This document shows, in pieces, positions 62,578 to 64,000 of a stretch of 64,000 bases of DNA. The DNA lies in the NCBI GenBank assembly GCA_051313645.2, contig JBNRSN020000024.1:30752001-30816000 (forward strand), in the 5' to 3' direction. The stretch is from Centroscyllium fabricii (Eukaryota). Below the pieces are notes generated by a model, which had not been told where the DNA came from, made no database searches, and was given only the letters and a program-made list of their open reading frames with translations. The position numbers were made by a program, and so were the translations under genes. The first letter of the stretch is position 1; every line of letters starts with the position of its first letter.

Positions 62578-62614
62578 TCACAAGCTTTCGGAGCGCTGCT
62601 CCTTCCTCAGGTGA
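62578..62614 (-). ncRNA. Minimal type I hammerhead ribozyme
   Basis: TCAC-CTGAGGA-A-GGAGC/AGC/GCTCC-GAAA-GC-TT-GTGA; all core nucleotides intact; palindromic stem III AAGCTT. Confidence 0.85.
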
Positions 62615-62960
62615 CAGACAGAAGAGACTGATTTAAAGATCACACATATCAGAGGAAGGGAGAAATCCGACCTCTTCCCCTAGAGCACACAAGCATATTA
62701 GCATACCTTAACACCTCAATCTGCGAACAATGGGGCACAATTGCAAGGGTGGTCACATGCTCAAAACACACAATGATTTTTTCCCCCCTTTTTAAAGCAA
62801 AAAAAAAACACATCAAAGGGGTGCAGTCACAGGGCCTAACGCTAGTCTGCTGTAAGTCCCACAGTATTACTTTTTTTATAAAAACCATGATTTTTCTTAC
62901 TCAAAATTGCAGAGCAAGCCAAAGATGGTTCGGGTCTGGACGACTCCACGCCAGGCGGGG

Positions 62961-64000
62961 TCACATGTAGCGTGACATAAACCCAATATCACGGTTGAGG
63001 CCGTGCTCATGGGTGCGGAACTTGGCAATCAGCCTCTGCTCGACGATTTTGCGTTGTCGTGTATCTTGAAGGCCACCCTGGAGAATGCTCACCCGAAGAT
63101 CGGAAGCTGAATGTCCTTGACCGCTGAAATGTTCCCCGACTGGGAGGGAACATTCCTGCCTGGCGATTGTTGCGCGGTGCCCGTTCATCCGTTGTCGTAG
63201 TGTCTGCATGGTCTCGCCGATGTACCATGCGCCGGGGCATCCTTTCCTGCAACGTATGAGGTAGACAACATTGGTCGAGTTACATGAGTATGTACCATGT
63301 ACCTGGTGTGTTGTGTCCTCACGTGTGATGATTGTATCTGTGCTGATGATTTGGCACGTTTTGCAGAGGTTGCTGTGGCAGGGTTGTGTGGTGTCGTGGT
63401 TGCTGTTCTCCTGAAAGCTGGGTAATTTGCTGCGAACTATAGTCTGTTTGAGGTTAGGTGGCTGTTTGAAGGCGAGTAGTGGAGGCGCGGGGATGGCCTT
63501 AGCGAGGTGTTCGTCATCATCAATGACATGCTGAAGGCTGCGAAGAACATGGCGTAGTTTCTCCGCTCCGGGGAAGTACTGGACGACAAAGGGTACTCTG
63601 TTGGTTGTGTCCCGTGTTTGTCTTCTGAGGAGATCTACGCGATTTTTCGTTGTGGCCCGTCGGAACTGTCGATCGATGAGTCGAGTGTCATACCCCGTTC
63701 TTACGAGGGCGTCTTTCAGTGTCTGTAGGTGTCTGTCGCGTTCCTCCTCATCTGAGCAGATCCTGTGTATTCGCAGGGCTTGTCCATAGGGGATGGCTTC
63801 TTTAACGTGGTTCGGGTGGAAGCTGGAGTAGTGGAGCATCCTGAGGTTGTCCGTGGGTTTGCGGTAGAGGGAAGTGCTGAGGCATCCGTTTTTGATAGAG
63901 ATTCGTGTGTCCAAGAATGAAACCGATTCTGAGGAGTAGTCCATGGTGAGTTTGATGGTGGGATGGAACTTGTTTATGTTATCGTGTAGTCTTTTCAGTG
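62961..64000 (-). CDS. Penelope RT/GIY-YIG endonuclease ORF (partial, uninterrupted)
   Basis: Frame open to the window edge; FLDTRI, LYRKPTD, VVYLIRC...YIGET...LRQRMNGH, EQRLIAKF.T...GLN. Confidence 0.9.
   Translation of the reverse strand, partial: LKRLHDNINKFHPTIKLTMDYSSESVSFLDTRISIKNGCLSTSLYRKPTDNLRMLHYSSFHPNHVKEAIPYGQALRIHRICSDEEERDRHLQTLKDALVRTGYDTRLIDRQFRRATTKNRVDLLRRQTRDTTNRVPFVVQYFPGAEKLRHVLRSLQHVIDDDEHLAKAIPAPPLLAFKQPPNLKQTIVRSKLPSFQENSNHDTTQPCHSNLCKTCQIISTDTIITREDTTHQVHGTYSCNSTNVVYLIRCRKGCPGAWYIGETMQTLRQRMNGHRATIARQECSLPVGEHFSGQGHSASDLRVSILQGGLQDTRQRKIVEQRLIAKFRTHEHGLNRDIGFMSRYM

Larger units (their letters stand above)
62492..64000 (-). mobile_element. Penelope-like element (Neptune-type), 3' part with pLTR; continues beyond the window
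   Basis: RT thumb, C-X4-C-X2-C and GIY-YIG domain; hammerhead-bearing pLTR downstream. Confidence 0.93.

Overview
Eukaryotic (vertebrate) genomic DNA, most likely from a shark or other cartilaginous fish, judging by the HE1-type V-SINEs, Deu-domain SINEs and dense CR1/L2/Penelope repeats. The only host gene I can support is myotubularin-related phosphatase MTMR4 on the minus strand. Eight internal coding exons (1,004 nt) have GT-AG boundaries and matching phases, and the gene runs past both window ends. The introns are almost entirely transposable elements. Highlights: (1) an 8-kb two-LTR endogenous retrovirus (15358-23340) with a 5-bp TSD, tRNA-Ser PBS, class III-like integrase, gamma-type env remnant and an intact 88-aa transmembrane ORF between pol and env; (2) Neptune-type Penelope elements carrying minimal hammerhead ribozymes, one with a C3U/G8A compensatory core; (3) a young Rex1/Babar LINE; (4) three SINE-LINE tail partnerships, including a V-SINE tail swap; (5) TA-targeting MITEs that share TIRs but carry different, often GC-rich tandem-repeat, interiors. 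No prokaryotic features or CRISPR arrays. Most ORF-track entries are TE fragments or spurious. All family names and comparisons come from memory, not database searches.
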